Source: Rhizobiaceae bacterium (GTDB lineage: Bacteria > Pseudomonadota > Alphaproteobacteria > Rhizobiales > Rhizobiaceae). Taken from it: DNA of 64,000 nt. Shown piece by piece: positions 47,090 to 57,558 of this stretch (position 1 is its first letter; every line of letters starts with the position of its first letter). A program made the position numbers and the translations under genes. The notes under the pieces were generated by a model. It did no database searches. It was not told where the DNA came from and saw only the letters and a program-made list of their open reading frames with translations. The stretch covers positions 1,716-65,715 of the forward strand of contig JBFIBB010000001.1 of assembly GCA_041582695.1 (NCBI GenBank), given 5' to 3'.

Positions 47090-47575
47090 ATGGCTGACGT
47101 CGCAATCATTATGGGTAGCCAGTCCGATTGGCCGGTCATGCGCCACGCCGCCGAAACACTCGACGAACTTGGTATATCCCACGAAGCGCGCATCGTTTCC
47201 GCCCACAGAACCCCGGACCGCCTTTACGAATTCGCCCGCAACGCCAGAAAAAACGGTTTCAAGGTCATTTTGGCATGCGCGGGCGGCGCCGCCCACCTTC
47301 CCGGAATGACCGCCTCCATGACATCGTTGCCGGTTTTCGGCGTACCGGCCCAGACAAAGGCGTTGTCCGGGCAGGATTCGCTGTTGTCGATCGTGCAGAT
47401 GCCCGCCGGTGTTCCGGTCGGAACGCTGGCCATCGGAAAGGCCGGGGCAATCAATTCGGCGCTTCTGGCGGCTGCGGTTCTCGCCCTTTCCAGTAAAACT
47501 GTCGCCGAAAACCTGGACGCTTATCGCGCCAGGATGGCTCAGGGCGTCGCCGAGTTTCCGGTCGACGAGGCATGA
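47090..47575 (+). CDS. purE: N5-carboxyaminoimidazole ribonucleotide mutase PurE
   Basis: [26 protein letters not shown]...SAHRTPDRL...[10 protein letters not shown]. Confidence 0.95.
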   Translation: MADVAIIMGSQSDWPVMRHAAETLDELGISHEARIVSAHRTPDRLYEFARNARKNGFKVILACAGGAAHLPGMTASMTSLPVFGVPAQTKALSGQDSLLSIVQMPAGVPVGTLAIGKAGAINSALLAAAVLALSSKTVAENLDAYRARMAQGVAEFPVDEA

Positions 47576-48651
47576 CGGCTCCGCTCGCGCCCGGTTCAAC
47601 GATCGGCATCATCGGCGGCGGCCAGCTTGGCCGAATGCTTGCGATGGCCGCCGCCAGGCTATCCTACCGCACAGTGGTTCTGGAACCCGGTCCTGATTGC
47701 CCCGCGGCCCAGCTTGCCAACCGTCAGATCGTTGCCGACTATGACGATCCCGATGCTCTGGACGAATTGGCGTCAAGCTGTGACGTCATCACCTACGAGT
47801 TCGAGAATGTCCCCGTCTTCGCCGCTGAGCGCCTGGCCGCGTCCGCACCGGTTTTTCCGCCGCCCAAAGCGCTCGAAGTATCCCAGGACCGGCTGACCGA
47901 GAAAAACTTCCTGACCGCGGCCGGTCTGACAACCGCCCCGTTTCGCAAAGTCGACAATGATGCGGAACTTGCAACGGCGCTGATCGAATTCGGCGGAAAC
48001 GGCATTCTGAAGACGCGCCGCCTCGGATACGACGGCAAGGGCCAGAGGCGGTTTCGCGACGCGGATGCCGCGAAAAACGCCGGTGTTTATGACGATATGG
48101 GCGCCGTACCGCTCGTTCTCGAAGGTTTCGTGACATTCGAATGCGAGATATCTGTCATCGCGGCGCGAAGCCGCACCGGCGATTTCGCTGCCTACGATCC
48201 GGCGCAAAATGTCCATCGCGACGGCATTCTGCACACTTCGACGGTTCCCGCCGCCATTTCCGATGAAACCGCCGACACTGCTCGTCGGCAAGCCCGCGCG
48301 CTCATGGAGGCGCTTGGATATGTCGGCGTTCTGGGACTCGAGTTTTTTGTTCTGGAAGGCGGTTCCTTGATCGCCAACGAATTCGCACCGCGCGTTCACA
48401 ATTCCGGTCATTGGACCGAGGCGGCCTGTATCGTTTCGCAATTCGAGCAACATATCCGCGCTGTCGCCGGTTTGCCGCTCGGATCACCCGCAAGGCACTC
48501 CAACTGTGTAATGGAAAATCTGATCGGCGACGATGTGAACCGGCTTGCCGGCCTCGCCGCGGAAGCAGGTTCGTTCGTCCATCTCTACGGCAAGGCCGAG
48601 GCGCGTCCGGGGCGAAAAATGGGGCATGTCACCCGTATCAAGCCCATGTGA
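47572..48651 (+). CDS. purK: N5-carboxyaminoimidazole ribonucleotide synthase PurK
   Basis: [17 protein letters not shown]... with an ATP-grasp body. 4-nt overlap with purE. Confidence 0.95.
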   Translation: MTAPLAPGSTIGIIGGGQLGRMLAMAAARLSYRTVVLEPGPDCPAAQLANRQIVADYDDPDALDELASSCDVITYEFENVPVFAAERLAASAPVFPPPKALEVSQDRLTEKNFLTAAGLTTAPFRKVDNDAELATALIEFGGNGILKTRRLGYDGKGQRRFRDADAAKNAGVYDDMGAVPLVLEGFVTFECEISVIAARSRTGDFAAYDPAQNVHRDGILHTSTVPAAISDETADTARRQARALMEALGYVGVLGLEFFVLEGGSLIANEFAPRVHNSGHWTEAACIVSQFEQHIRAVAGLPLGSPARHSNCVMENLIGDDVNRLAGLAAEAGSFVHLYGKAEARPGRKMGHVTRIKPM

Positions 48652-48656
48652 AGCGG

Positions 48657-50177
48657 TTATTCGGCGATGATCTTGACCTTGTCGCCGGCCGATAGCGTCG
48701 CACCCGCGGGCAAGGCATTCAGCAACCTGAAAAGCGCAAGCTGCCGGTCAGAGCCTGCCATGCGTCCTGCAAGGCTGCCGACCGTATCACCCGGCTGGAC
48801 CGTGACGACCTTGATCGTCAAAGGTCTCAGATTGGCCCGTTCGGCTTCACCCATTTGCCGGAAGCTTGAAGCGACGCTTCGGGCGACATCGTCGAGACCG
48901 GTGCTTGAAAGCGGCGCTGCCGTCAGCAGACGGTAGATTTGCTCACCCGCGCGTACAGCCGTGATGTCGAAGTTCCAGCCATCGGCTTGCGCCCGCGCCG
49001 TCGCTGCCTCCAAACCGTTGATTGTCGTCGGCCTGATGCTGCTCTCCTCGAGACCGACCACCCAACCGCTCCTGATGTATTCCGTCGGTTTGGTCCGCTT
49101 AGCCACCGCGACACCATCGAAGCGAATCGCAATATCGCCCGGACCGGCCGCGGTCACCGCCTCAGCGGAATTGTCGATCATGAAACCGGCAGGAACCGAG
49201 AAAGCAACTCCCAGACCGGGATGCAGAAAGGTTGTTCCTCGCACGTAGCCTTCATCCGGAGTATCACCGAACAGCATCCCGTCGATTCCGGCAAGATATG
49301 AATCGCGGTCGCGCCGCCCCACGCCCGGAGCGCCGAATTCACGCGCATGGCGCAGTGCAAGCTCTATCCTGCGGGGTGCGGCAGGATGTGAGGCAAGAAA
49401 GTCCAGGCTGGCATCCTCCGCGCCGCTGACCGCGCGGAAGCCGCTGTAAGCTTCCATCGACTGCAGGAATCGCGGCGCGGCATATGGGTCAAATCCGGCT
49501 TCCCCCATAGCCTTGATGCCGATGACGTCGGCCTCGAGTTCCTGGTTTCGCGAAAACTGCGCGAGCCGCAACTTTCCGCGAACCAGCGCGGTCCTGGCAT
49601 TGCGGTCGTTGCTCAGCACGTCGGAGACAACCTTTGTGGCAAGTTCCTCCTCGGCTTCCATGCGCTGGCGTTCGATGCCGTGATTGGCGTTCACGTGGCC
49701 CATTTCGTGGGCTATCACCGCCGCCAGTTCCGCCGAATCGTTGGCGAGCGCCAAAAGCCCTCGAGTCACATAGAGATAGCCGCCGGGAAGCGCGAATGCG
49801 TTGACATTGGGCGAGTCGAGTATGGTGATCCGGTACGTCTGGTTCGGCGCGTCCGATACGCCCGTCAGATCGCCGACCACCTTGGCGACCATTCGCTCCA
49901 GTTTTGCGTTGGAATATTCGCCGCCATAGGTTGCCAGAATGCGCGGATGCTGGGCGCGGGCGATCGCCGCCAGCTTGTCATTTTTCTCCACCGTCTCGAT
50001 CGTTACCGGATTGCGCGACGGCTGGAACGCCTGTTCGCTGATGGCGCCATTGGTCAGCTGGCAGCCCGACAGGATGAGGGCAAGCACCGGCACTGCCGGC
50101 CAAGCACGAAGCGCCGTCAGCCGAAATCCGGTCCTGTTAACCGGTTTCGCACCCATGCTCATCCCCATCAGCATCAT
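48657..50177 (-). CDS. M48 family metalloprotease with C-terminal LysM domain (lipoprotein)
   Basis: HEMGH zinc motif, lipobox LILSGC and a C-terminal LysM-like VTVQPGDTVGSLAGRM...LNAL. The start is ambiguous: five ATGs between 50156 and 50177, or the GTG at 50288 that overlaps the thiQ stop. Confidence 0.85.
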   Translation of the reverse strand: MMLMGMSMGAKPVNRTGFRLTALRAWPAVPVLALILSGCQLTNGAISEQAFQPSRNPVTIETVEKNDKLAAIARAQHPRILATYGGEYSNAKLERMVAKVVGDLTGVSDAPNQTYRITILDSPNVNAFALPGGYLYVTRGLLALANDSAELAAVIAHEMGHVNANHGIERQRMEAEEELATKVVSDVLSNDRNARTALVRGKLRLAQFSRNQELEADVIGIKAMGEAGFDPYAAPRFLQSMEAYSGFRAVSGAEDASLDFLASHPAAPRRIELALRHAREFGAPGVGRRDRDSYLAGIDGMLFGDTPDEGYVRGTTFLHPGLGVAFSVPAGFMIDNSAEAVTAAGPGDIAIRFDGVAVAKRTKPTEYIRSGWVVGLEESSIRPTTINGLEAATARAQADGWNFDITAVRAGEQIYRLLTAAPLSSTGLDDVARSVASSFRQMGEAERANLRPLTIKVVTVQPGDTVGSLAGRMAGSDRQLALFRLLNALPAGATLSAGDKVKIIAE

Positions 50178-50284
50178 CTCAGCGTTTGAATCCGGTTCCC
50201 GCTCTACCGCAAGCCGCCGGCCAAATCGAGTGAAACCCCTTGTGCGGGGTAATTGTGTCTTCATCCGGGCGCAGACAAGGGTTA

Positions 50285-51007
50285 TCACTCGCCGCCCGTT
50301 CTACCGAGATATGCTTTGATCGGCGCCGGCGGGTTGTCGCCAAGCAGGTCTGCCGTCGCGCCTTCCGCGACAATACACCCGGCTTCCAGAAACAGCACGG
50401 AACCGGAAATCCTCCGCGCGTCATCGGGATGGTGGCTGACCATAATTGTGGTCATGCCGTGCTTCGCCTGCAATTCGGACACAAGATCTAGCATATCGTC
50501 GCGCAGCGCAGGTCCGAGCGAAGCGAACGGTTCGTCAAGCAGCAGCACCGGCTGGTCGCGCACGAGCGCTCGCGCAAGCGCCGCCCGTTGGCGTTCCCCG
50601 CCCGAAAGCTCGGCAGGAAACCGCTTTTCCTTGCCGGAGAGCCCGGTTTGCGCCAGCGCCTTCGACACACGTTCGCGGTCGGTTGCGGTCAACCGGAGCG
50701 ACGGCGAACGGCCAAGTCCGACATTCTGCCCGATGTCGAGATGGCCAAACAGGTTGTTCTCCTGAAATACCATTGTCACCGGGCGTTCATGCGGCGAGAG
50801 CACCGTCACATCGCGCCCGCCAATCGATACGGTTCCCGAAGAGGGCGTCTCGAAACCGGCGACAAGGTTCAGGAGCGTCGACTTGCCGGACCCGCTCGCA
50901 CCCATCAGGGCAACGATCTCGCCGGCGGCAATTTGCGCGTCGAAGCTGAAATCAGTCTCGCCGTAAGAGAAACGCAGATCTTTCAGCCGGATCGCAGCGC
51001 CGCTCAT
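50285..51007 (-). CDS. thiQ: Thiamine ABC transporter ATP-binding protein ThiQ
   Basis: Walker A GASGSGKST, signature LSGGERQR and Walker B LLLDEP. Last gene of the thiB-thiP-thiQ order. Confidence 0.85.
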   Translation of the reverse strand: MSGAAIRLKDLRFSYGETDFSFDAQIAAGEIVALMGASGSGKSTLLNLVAGFETPSSGTVSIGGRDVTVLSPHERPVTMVFQENNLFGHLDIGQNVGLGRSPSLRLTATDRERVSKALAQTGLSGKEKRFPAELSGGERQRAALARALVRDQPVLLLDEPFASLGPALRDDMLDLVSELQAKHGMTTIMVSHHPDDARRISGSVLFLEAGCIVAEGATADLLGDNPPAPIKAYLGRTGGE

Positions 51008-52656
51008 CTCCTGTCTCCGATCCTGCCGGCAAACGTCATGAGCAGGAGTGTCATGACGCCGAGGATCAATGCAAGTCCGGCGGCGTCGGCGGTCCGGTAA
51101 CTGCCGAGCCGCGCCAGAAGCAGATAGGGCAGCGTCTGCACCTGCTCGCTGCCGAACAGCGCGATCACGCCGAGATCGCCAAGCGACAATGCCATCGCAA
51201 ATGCGAAACCGGCCAGAAGAGGCCGCTTCAGCACCGGCCAGTCGATCAGGCGCAAGCGGTTCAGACCGCTGATCCCCAGCGAGGCGGCTAGGCGGTCGTG
51301 TCGCGAAGCGGCGGCGTCATGGGCGGGTCTGATGGTACGGACGACAAACGGCATCGCCATTGCCGAATTCACGCACACGACCATCAAAGGCGCGATTGCA
51401 AAGACATCGCCGACATGGCGGACAAGAACGAACCAACCCGCTCCGATGACGATCGGCGGCACCACGAGGATCAGCGCGGCGCCGGAGTCGCAAAGCCGCT
51501 CCAACAACAAGGCTCGGCCATAGCGTCCGCGTGCTGCCGCCAGCCGGTATCGCGCCGAAACGAGAGAAAGGGACAGGGCTGCCGAAAGCGCCGCAGCGAA
51601 CAGCGCCAGCATCAGGCTCGTCGCCGCGGCCTTGAGCACGGCACTCTCGCCCGCAAGCCTGACAAGGTCGGCCTGCATTCCGGCCGCAACGATAGCCGCC
51701 ATCGGACCCAGGACGAAAAGCGCTGCCATGGCAAGGACTGCCGTGTTGGCAATTGTTTCGCCCTTTCCGGGCGCGGCAAACCGGCGGCTGACAACCGAGA
51801 GCGTCCCTGCCTCGAAGAACCGGCCGCCGATCCGCGCGAGTGCGAAAACGAGCGCGCCAGTCAGTGCCAGTTGCAACAGCGTCAGGCCGACCGCCCTCGC
51901 CGGATCGAAATCGAAGCGCAGTGCCTGGTAAATCGCCACCTCCAGCGTGGTCGCCGCCGGTCCGCCGCCAAGCGTGAGCACAATCACGAAGGAAGTCACG
52001 CACAGCATGAAAACAAGTCCGGAAACACCGGCCATCGCGGACCTGGCAACTGGCCATTCGATCAACCGCCACTGCGCCCGTCCGTTCATGCCGAGCTGGC
52101 TTGCGAGCCGCCAATGATCGGCGGGAACGGTTTCCAGTGTTTCGAGAAATAGCCGGGCGGCAAGCGGCAGATTGAAGAACACATGCGCGATCAGTATCCC
52201 TCCGAGCCCGTAGATACCGGGCCAGCGTCCCTCCGTCAGAAGCGACAGCGGCTCGGCCAGGAATCCCGCGCGTCCGTAAAGCGCAAGAACGCCGAGCGCT
52301 GCCACGATGGCAGGTAGCGCCAACGGTACCGCAAACAGGCGAAGCAGCATTCCACGGCCGGGAAAGGCCGGATGGCGCGACAGGGCGCGGGCTACCGCGA
52401 GTCCGGGAAGAACCGAAAGCAATGTCGACAGCGCCGCTTGCCATAGCGTGAAACCGGCAATCCGCATGGTCTGCGCATCGAAAAGCGCAAAGGCGGTCCG
52501 CCAGTTGTCCGCAGCTTCAATTACCAGCCCGGCAAGCGCACCACCGCAAAGCAGCGCCAGAAAAGCGAGCGTCATCTTGCCAGGCCATACTCCGGTCTCG
52601 GCCAGGCGCGCTCGCGCGTTTTCCCCAGCGGTCAGCGCCCCATCACCTTCAGCCAT
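51004..52656 (-). CDS. thiP: Thiamine ABC transporter permease ThiP
   Basis: 550 aa duplicated binding-protein-dependent permease. The start is 52656 (25-nt overlap with thiB) or ATG 52575. Confidence 0.85.
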   Translation of the reverse strand: MAEGDGALTAGENARARLAETGVWPGKMTLAFLALLCGGALAGLVIEAADNWRTAFALFDAQTMRIAGFTLWQAALSTLLSVLPGLAVARALSRHPAFPGRGMLLRLFAVPLALPAIVAALGVLALYGRAGFLAEPLSLLTEGRWPGIYGLGGILIAHVFFNLPLAARLFLETLETVPADHWRLASQLGMNGRAQWRLIEWPVARSAMAGVSGLVFMLCVTSFVIVLTLGGGPAATTLEVAIYQALRFDFDPARAVGLTLLQLALTGALVFALARIGGRFFEAGTLSVVSRRFAAPGKGETIANTAVLAMAALFVLGPMAAIVAAGMQADLVRLAGESAVLKAAATSLMLALFAAALSAALSLSLVSARYRLAAARGRYGRALLLERLCDSGAALILVVPPIVIGAGWFVLVRHVGDVFAIAPLMVVCVNSAMAMPFVVRTIRPAHDAAASRHDRLAASLGISGLNRLRLIDWPVLKRPLLAGFAFAMALSLGDLGVIALFGSEQVQTLPYLLLARLGSYRTADAAGLALILGVMTLLLMTFAGRIGDRR

Positions 52657-53636
52657 TCATCGACCCAGGCCTTTCGGCTTTCCTCCACCTCCCCGGCACT
52701 GAACAGCAGCGTCTTCGACTGCTGAACGAGCTTGCCGAAATCGGGGTTCAGCGGTTTGTCGGTCTTGCCGGCCGGAAACATCCAGTTGGTTTCCGGAATG
52801 ACGTCCTGGAAGCCGGGACCGGTCATGAAGGAAAGGAACTGAGCCGACAAAGGATTGGCAGCACCTTTCGACGTCAAACCCGCCACCTCGATCTGCTGGT
52901 AATGTCCCTCGGTGAATGCCGCCGCCTGATAGCGCTCGGAACCCTCCGCGATCATGTGATAGGCCGGCGACGTGGTGTACGACAGCACCATTTCGGCTTC
53001 GCCATTGGTGAACAGGCCGTAGGCCTCGCTCCATCCGGGCGTTACCGTCAGCACCTTGTCCTTCAGCCGGGACCAGGCTTCGCCCGCCTGGTCGCCGAAA
53101 ACGGCGCGCATCCAAAGCACAAGCCCGAGCCCCGGAGTCGAGGTACGCGGGTCCTGGATGACGATTTTCGCGTCGCCCTGCATGTCGACGAGCTCCGCCA
53201 GGCTACTCGGCGGGTTTTTGAGCTTTTCGGTATCGTAGACAACGGCGAAATATCCGTAGTCGAACGGCACGAAGGTGTCGTCCGTCCAGCCGCCGGGCAC
53301 ATCGACATTGCCAAGATCGATCCCGTGCTTCGCAAACAGCCCGGTCGCCGCTGCTTCCGCTGTCAGGTTGGTGTCGAGGCCGAGTACGATGTCTGCGCCC
53401 GTTGCCTCGCCCTCAAGCTTCAGCCGGTTGAGCAGCGCCACCCCGTCGGCAACGGCAACGAACTTCAGGTCGCATCCGCATTGTGCTTCGAAATTTTGCT
53501 CGACTGCAGGGCCCGGGCCCCATTCGGCGGTAAAGCTTTCGTAGGTGTATATGGTAAGCGTCTCCGCGGCGTTTGCGGCGGTGAATGTTGCCGCCAGCGC
53601 GGCGATTGTCGTCGTGATCAGTGTTTTCAAGCGCAT
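52632..53636 (-). CDS. thiB: Thiamine-binding periplasmic protein ThiB
   Basis: ATG 53636 gives [23 protein letters not shown] (signal peptide), then [17 protein letters not shown].... GAAGGAGG RBS. It lies directly behind a THI-box. Confidence 0.85.
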   Translation of the reverse strand: MRLKTLITTTIAALAATFTAANAAETLTIYTYESFTAEWGPGPAVEQNFEAQCGCDLKFVAVADGVALLNRLKLEGEATGADIVLGLDTNLTAEAAATGLFAKHGIDLGNVDVPGGWTDDTFVPFDYGYFAVVYDTEKLKNPPSSLAELVDMQGDAKIVIQDPRTSTPGLGLVLWMRAVFGDQAGEAWSRLKDKVLTVTPGWSEAYGLFTNGEAEMVLSYTTSPAYHMIAEGSERYQAAAFTEGHYQQIEVAGLTSKGAANPLSAQFLSFMTGPGFQDVIPETNWMFPAGKTDKPLNPDFGKLVQQSKTLLFSAGEVEESRKAWVDEWLKVMGR

Positions 53637-53694
53637 CGGCGCCTCCTTCATCTGGTTGATGGAAAGATCGAAGCGCCTTTTTCAAGGTAGCATC

Positions 53695-53795
53695 TAATCC
53701 CTCCGCCGGTACAAACCGGATCAGGTTCAGCGGGTTGGCCGCGCCTTGGGCGTTGGCCTCTCAGCCGGATTGCGAACGCATCCGGCACCCCGTTA
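53695..53795 (-). promoter_or_regulatory. TPP (THI-box) riboswitch controlling thiBPQ
   Basis: The minus strand reads GGGGTGCCGGATGCGTTCGCAATCCGGCTGAGAGG...ACCCGCTGAACCTGATCCGGTTTGTACCGGCGGAGGGA. This matches both conserved halves of the TPP aptamer (GGGGUGC..CUGAGA and ACCC..GAACCUGAUCCGG..ACCGGCG.AGGGA). Confidence 0.85.
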
Positions 53796-53876
53796 GAGCA
53801 GGACGAAACCTAGTCCGGCTCTTCCACACATGCAAGTGCCATTTGACCCGGACTGCGCACGTGATAGAGCGGCGCC

Positions 53877-54512
53877 ATGAACCGCTTTGTCATTTTGCTG
53901 GACGGCGACCTGACGATAACGTCCCGCCTGAAAGATCAGGTCGGCGGCCTCCGCGCGATCGCTGCCGATGGCGGCATTCGCCATGCCGATTCACTGGAAA
54001 TCACGCCCGAGCTCTGGCTCGGCGATTTCGATTCTTCCCCCGACAATGTCGCGGACCACCTTAACTCCGTTCCGCGCATTGCTTACCCGGCTGACAAGGA
54101 TGTGACCGACGGCGAAATCGCCATAGATGCGGCGATCGAACGCGGCGCAACCGAGCTGATGCTTGTCGGCGCTTTCGGCGGCGCCCGCGCGGATCACGCT
54201 TTGCTGCACAAGCTGGTCGCGCTGAAGCTGGCCGCAAGAGGCGTGCCCGTCCTGCTGACCGACGGCGTGCAGGAAGGCTGCCCGGTTTTACCCGGAAAGC
54301 ACGAATTCGACCTGCCGCGGGGAACCTTGTTCAGCCTCGTCGGAATTACCGGGCTTTCCGGCCTGACGATCAGCGGCGCCAAATGGCCGCTTGCGTCGGT
54401 CGAAGTGCCGCTTGGTTCCTCCCTGACGCTGTCGAACCAAGTCGACGGACGACTGCGGATCGAACTGAAAAGCGGCCAGGCGCTTCTTATCGCGCAAGTG
54501 GGACGTTCCTGA
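53877..54512 (+). CDS. Thiamine pyrophosphokinase
   Basis: 211 aa. ILLDGDL...AADGGIRHA...PELWLGDFDS...YPADKDVTDGEIAI, a typical TPK catalytic domain plus a B1-binding C-terminus. Confidence 0.85.
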   Translation: MNRFVILLDGDLTITSRLKDQVGGLRAIAADGGIRHADSLEITPELWLGDFDSSPDNVADHLNSVPRIAYPADKDVTDGEIAIDAAIERGATELMLVGAFGGARADHALLHKLVALKLAARGVPVLLTDGVQEGCPVLPGKHEFDLPRGTLFSLVGITGLSGLTISGAKWPLASVEVPLGSSLTLSNQVDGRLRIELKSGQALLIAQVGRS

Positions 54513-54516
54513 ACCA

Positions 54517-56331
54517 ATGGCGCCGCCGCTGCTCAATCTGGATGGCATCCAGCTTACCTTTGGCGGTACGCCGCTGCTGGACGGCGCCAGCCTGATCGCG
54601 GCCGAAAGCGACCGTATTGCCCTTGTCGGCCGCAACGGATCCGGCAAATCGACGATGCTGAAATTCGCCGCCGGCCTGGTGGAAGCACAAGGCGGTAGTG
54701 TGTTCGTTCAGCCTGGAGCAACGCTGCGTTACCTGGAGCAGGCTCCAGACATGGCGGGCTTTGTGGACGTCCATGCTTATGTGGCGTCAGGCCTTGGTCC
54801 GGCTGACGATCCCTACCGCGCCGACTATCTGCTCGAACATCTGGGTCTTTCCGGCAACGAGGAGCCCGCTACGCTCTCAGGCGGCGAGGCGCGCCGCGCC
54901 GCACTTGCCCGCGTTCTGGCGCCATCGCCTGATATCCTGCTGCTCGACGAGCCGACGAACCATCTCGATCTTGCGACGATCGAATGGCTTGAAGCAGAGT
55001 TGAACCGCATGTCGAGCGCGGTCGTCGTTATCTCGCACGACAGGCGATTTCTGGAAAATATCAGCCGTGCGACCGTCTGGCTCGACCGCGGCCGCACGAA
55101 ACGGCTCGACCGCGGTTTTGCCCATTTCGAGGAATGGCGCGATAAGCTTCTGGAGGAGGAAGAACGCGACGCCCACAAGCTCGGCCGGCAAATCGTACGT
55201 GAGGAACACTGGCTGCGTTACGGCGTGACCGCAAGGCGCAAGCGCAATATGCGCCGGCTTGGCGAGTTGCAGGCGCTGCGCGAGGCCCACCGAAACCGCA
55301 TCCGCCCCACCGGCGCGGTAAAGCTGGCCGCAAGCGAGGGTCGCGAGGCCGGAAAACTGGTCATCGAAGCCAGGGCGATCTCCAAATCCTACGGCGATCT
55401 GGCGCTTGTCCGCGACTTCTCCACACGTATCCAGCGTGGCGACCGCATTGGCCTTGTCGGACCAAACGGCGTCGGCAAGACGACGCTGCTTCGGATGCTC
55501 ACCGGTGAGCTCGAGCCTGATGGCGGAACCATAAGGCACGGCGCCAATCTGCAGTTTTCCACGCTCGACCAGCGTCGCGACAGTCTCGATCCCGCGCAAT
55601 CGCTGGCCGATTACCTGACTGGCGGACGCAGCGACCAGGTCAGTGTAAACGGCGAGGCCCGTCACGTTGTCTCCTATCTGAAAGATTTTCTGTTCAAGCC
55701 CGAGCAGGCTGGCACGCCGGTGCGTGAGTTGTCGGGCGGCGAACGCGCCCGCCTGGTGCTTGCCCGCATTCTCGCCAAGCCCTCCAACGTCCTGGTGTTG
55801 GACGAACCGACCAACGATCTTGACATGGAGACGCTCGACCTGCTGCAGGAATTGGTCGCAGGATATTCCGGCACCGTGCTTCTGGTCAGCCACGACCGCG
55901 ATTTTCTCGACCGCACTGTCTCCTCAACCATCGCGCCGGAAGGCGATGGCCGCTGGCTCGAATATGCCGGCGGCTATGCCGACATGCTGGTGCAACGCAG
56001 TATGCTGCCGGGCGGGCGCGCCGTCGGAAACAGCAAGGCCGAACGCGCGGAAAGCAAAAAGCTGCCTGTCAAGGAGCCGGCAAGGGCAAAGGCGAAGAAA
56101 CTGTCGTTCAAACAGAAATATGCGCTCGAAACCCTGCCCGGCCGCATGGAAGCTTTGGCAGCGGAAATCGCCGCGCTCGAGACCAGACTTGCCGATCCGA
56201 ATTTCTACGAAACCGATCCGGGCGGTTTCAGAAGAACAGCCGAAACGCTTGATGATCGGCGTGCCGAACTGTCATCTGCTGAAGAAGAATGGCTGGAGTT
56301 GGAAATGCTGCGCGAGGCGCTGGAAAACTGA
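54517..56331 (+). CDS. ABC-F family ATPase (Uup-like)
   Basis: Two NBDs (GRNGSGKST / LSGGEARR / LLLDEPTNHLD and GPNGVGKTT / LSGGERAR / LVLDEPTNDLD) with a C-terminal coiled coil and no TMD. Confidence 0.9.
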   Translation: MAPPLLNLDGIQLTFGGTPLLDGASLIAAESDRIALVGRNGSGKSTMLKFAAGLVEAQGGSVFVQPGATLRYLEQAPDMAGFVDVHAYVASGLGPADDPYRADYLLEHLGLSGNEEPATLSGGEARRAALARVLAPSPDILLLDEPTNHLDLATIEWLEAELNRMSSAVVVISHDRRFLENISRATVWLDRGRTKRLDRGFAHFEEWRDKLLEEEERDAHKLGRQIVREEHWLRYGVTARRKRNMRRLGELQALREAHRNRIRPTGAVKLAASEGREAGKLVIEARAISKSYGDLALVRDFSTRIQRGDRIGLVGPNGVGKTTLLRMLTGELEPDGGTIRHGANLQFSTLDQRRDSLDPAQSLADYLTGGRSDQVSVNGEARHVVSYLKDFLFKPEQAGTPVRELSGGERARLVLARILAKPSNVLVLDEPTNDLDMETLDLLQELVAGYSGTVLLVSHDRDFLDRTVSSTIAPEGDGRWLEYAGGYADMLVQRSMLPGGRAVGNSKAERAESKKLPVKEPARAKAKKLSFKQKYALETLPGRMEALAAEIAALETRLADPNFYETDPGGFRRTAETLDDRRAELSSAEEEWLELEMLREALEN

Positions 56332-56487
56332 CGGCGCGGCCCGTATCACCACCTGAAATCCGTGTAGCAATACTTCTCGCGCAGAAGCCGGCCTTGGGTC
56401 TATCATCCACTGCGGCAACATTTCGGCCGGCAATGGCTGCCGGACGCCGGTCGAAGTCCAGAAGAAACCTAAGCGCGGGGCGGGACA

Positions 56488-57435
56488 ATGACACTTCGCA
56501 ATCAGGTCTATCGCATGCTCGAGCGCCCCGACCGCCGCGAACCGGTTGGCAGGGCGGTGGACATATTTCTGATCACGCTGATCATCGTGAACCTGTTGTC
56601 GGTCGTGTTCGAGACGGTCGACTGGTTCTATGCAGACTACCGGCTTTGGTTCATCACCATCGAAGTCGTGTCGGTGGCCATATTCACCGTGGAGTACCTG
56701 GCCCGGATTTGGTGTTGTGTCGAGCAGGATCCGGATAAACCGGCAAGCTCCCAGCGCATCGGTTTTGCGCTGACGCCTCTGGCGCTGATCGATCTGCTTG
56801 CAATTGCGCCATTCTATCTCGCGTTTCTCGTTACCATAGATCTGCGGGTTTTGCGCGTACTGCGATTGCTGCGCATATTCAAGATGACCCGTTACTCCAG
56901 CGCCATGACCATGCTGCTCGACGTGTTCCGCCAGGAGGCAAGCGCTTTCGTTGCCGGATTTTTCATTCTGGTCGTCCTGCTTGTCCTGGCCGCAAGCGGC
57001 GAATACCTCGTCGAACACTCCGCGCAACCCGACAAGTTCGGCTCAATCCCCGAAGCGATGTGGTGGGCGGTCGCCACGCTGACCACGGTCGGTTATGGCG
57101 ATGTCACGCCGGTCACTCCCCTCGGCAAGCTGTTCGGCGCGCTCGTTACGATCATCGGCATCGGCATGGCTGCGCTTCCGGCAGGCATACTGGCGAGCGG
57201 CCTTGCCGATCAGCTCCGGCGCAAGCGCGAGGCGCTGGCCGAGCAGTACCGCCTGGCCCTGCAGGACGGCAAGGTGGATGCGGAGGAAAAGGAGGCTCTA
57301 GAGGAATTCCGCAAGTCGCTCGGCCTGAGCAAGGCGCTTGCCAGCGAAGTCCTCGACAAGATGAGGAAGCGGGGGCCCGATGTCGGCCAGCGCTTCTGCC
57401 CGCATTGCGGCTCCGAATTGGGGCACGGGCACTAG
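56488..57435 (+). CDS. Voltage-gated-type K+ channel (6TM, Kv/KvAP-like)
   Basis: S4-like LRVLRVLRLLRIFKMTRY with a basic residue every third position. Selectivity filter TLTTVGYGD. C-terminal coiled coil and an FCPHCG tail. Confidence 0.85.
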   Translation: MTLRNQVYRMLERPDRREPVGRAVDIFLITLIIVNLLSVVFETVDWFYADYRLWFITIEVVSVAIFTVEYLARIWCCVEQDPDKPASSQRIGFALTPLALIDLLAIAPFYLAFLVTIDLRVLRVLRLLRIFKMTRYSSAMTMLLDVFRQEASAFVAGFFILVVLLVLAASGEYLVEHSAQPDKFGSIPEAMWWAVATLTTVGYGDVTPVTPLGKLFGALVTIIGIGMAALPAGILASGLADQLRRKREALAEQYRLALQDGKVDAEEKEALEEFRKSLGLSKALASEVLDKMRKRGPDVGQRFCPHCGSELGHGH

Positions 57436-57558
57436 AAATCGGCGACCTGCGGGTTTTGGACTGCTTCCATCACCTGTAATACGATGGCGGTGTTGACCTT
57501 CGCGCGACGTTGATGAACTGTCTCGCGCACCAGAAACGGGAAATCGGAACCAGACCCC

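Noticed and set aside
54877-55893. A 338-aa minus-strand ORF.
   Set aside because: It is antisense to the ABC-F gene, whose Walker and signature motifs are in the plus frame.
56272-57027. A 251-aa minus-strand ORF. Also a 248-aa ORF at 57691-58437 and a 272-aa ORF at 58447-59265.
   Set aside because: They lie opposite the K+ channel, pncA and pncB respectively, all of which have diagnostic motifs. None of these ORFs has an RBS or a recognisable domain.
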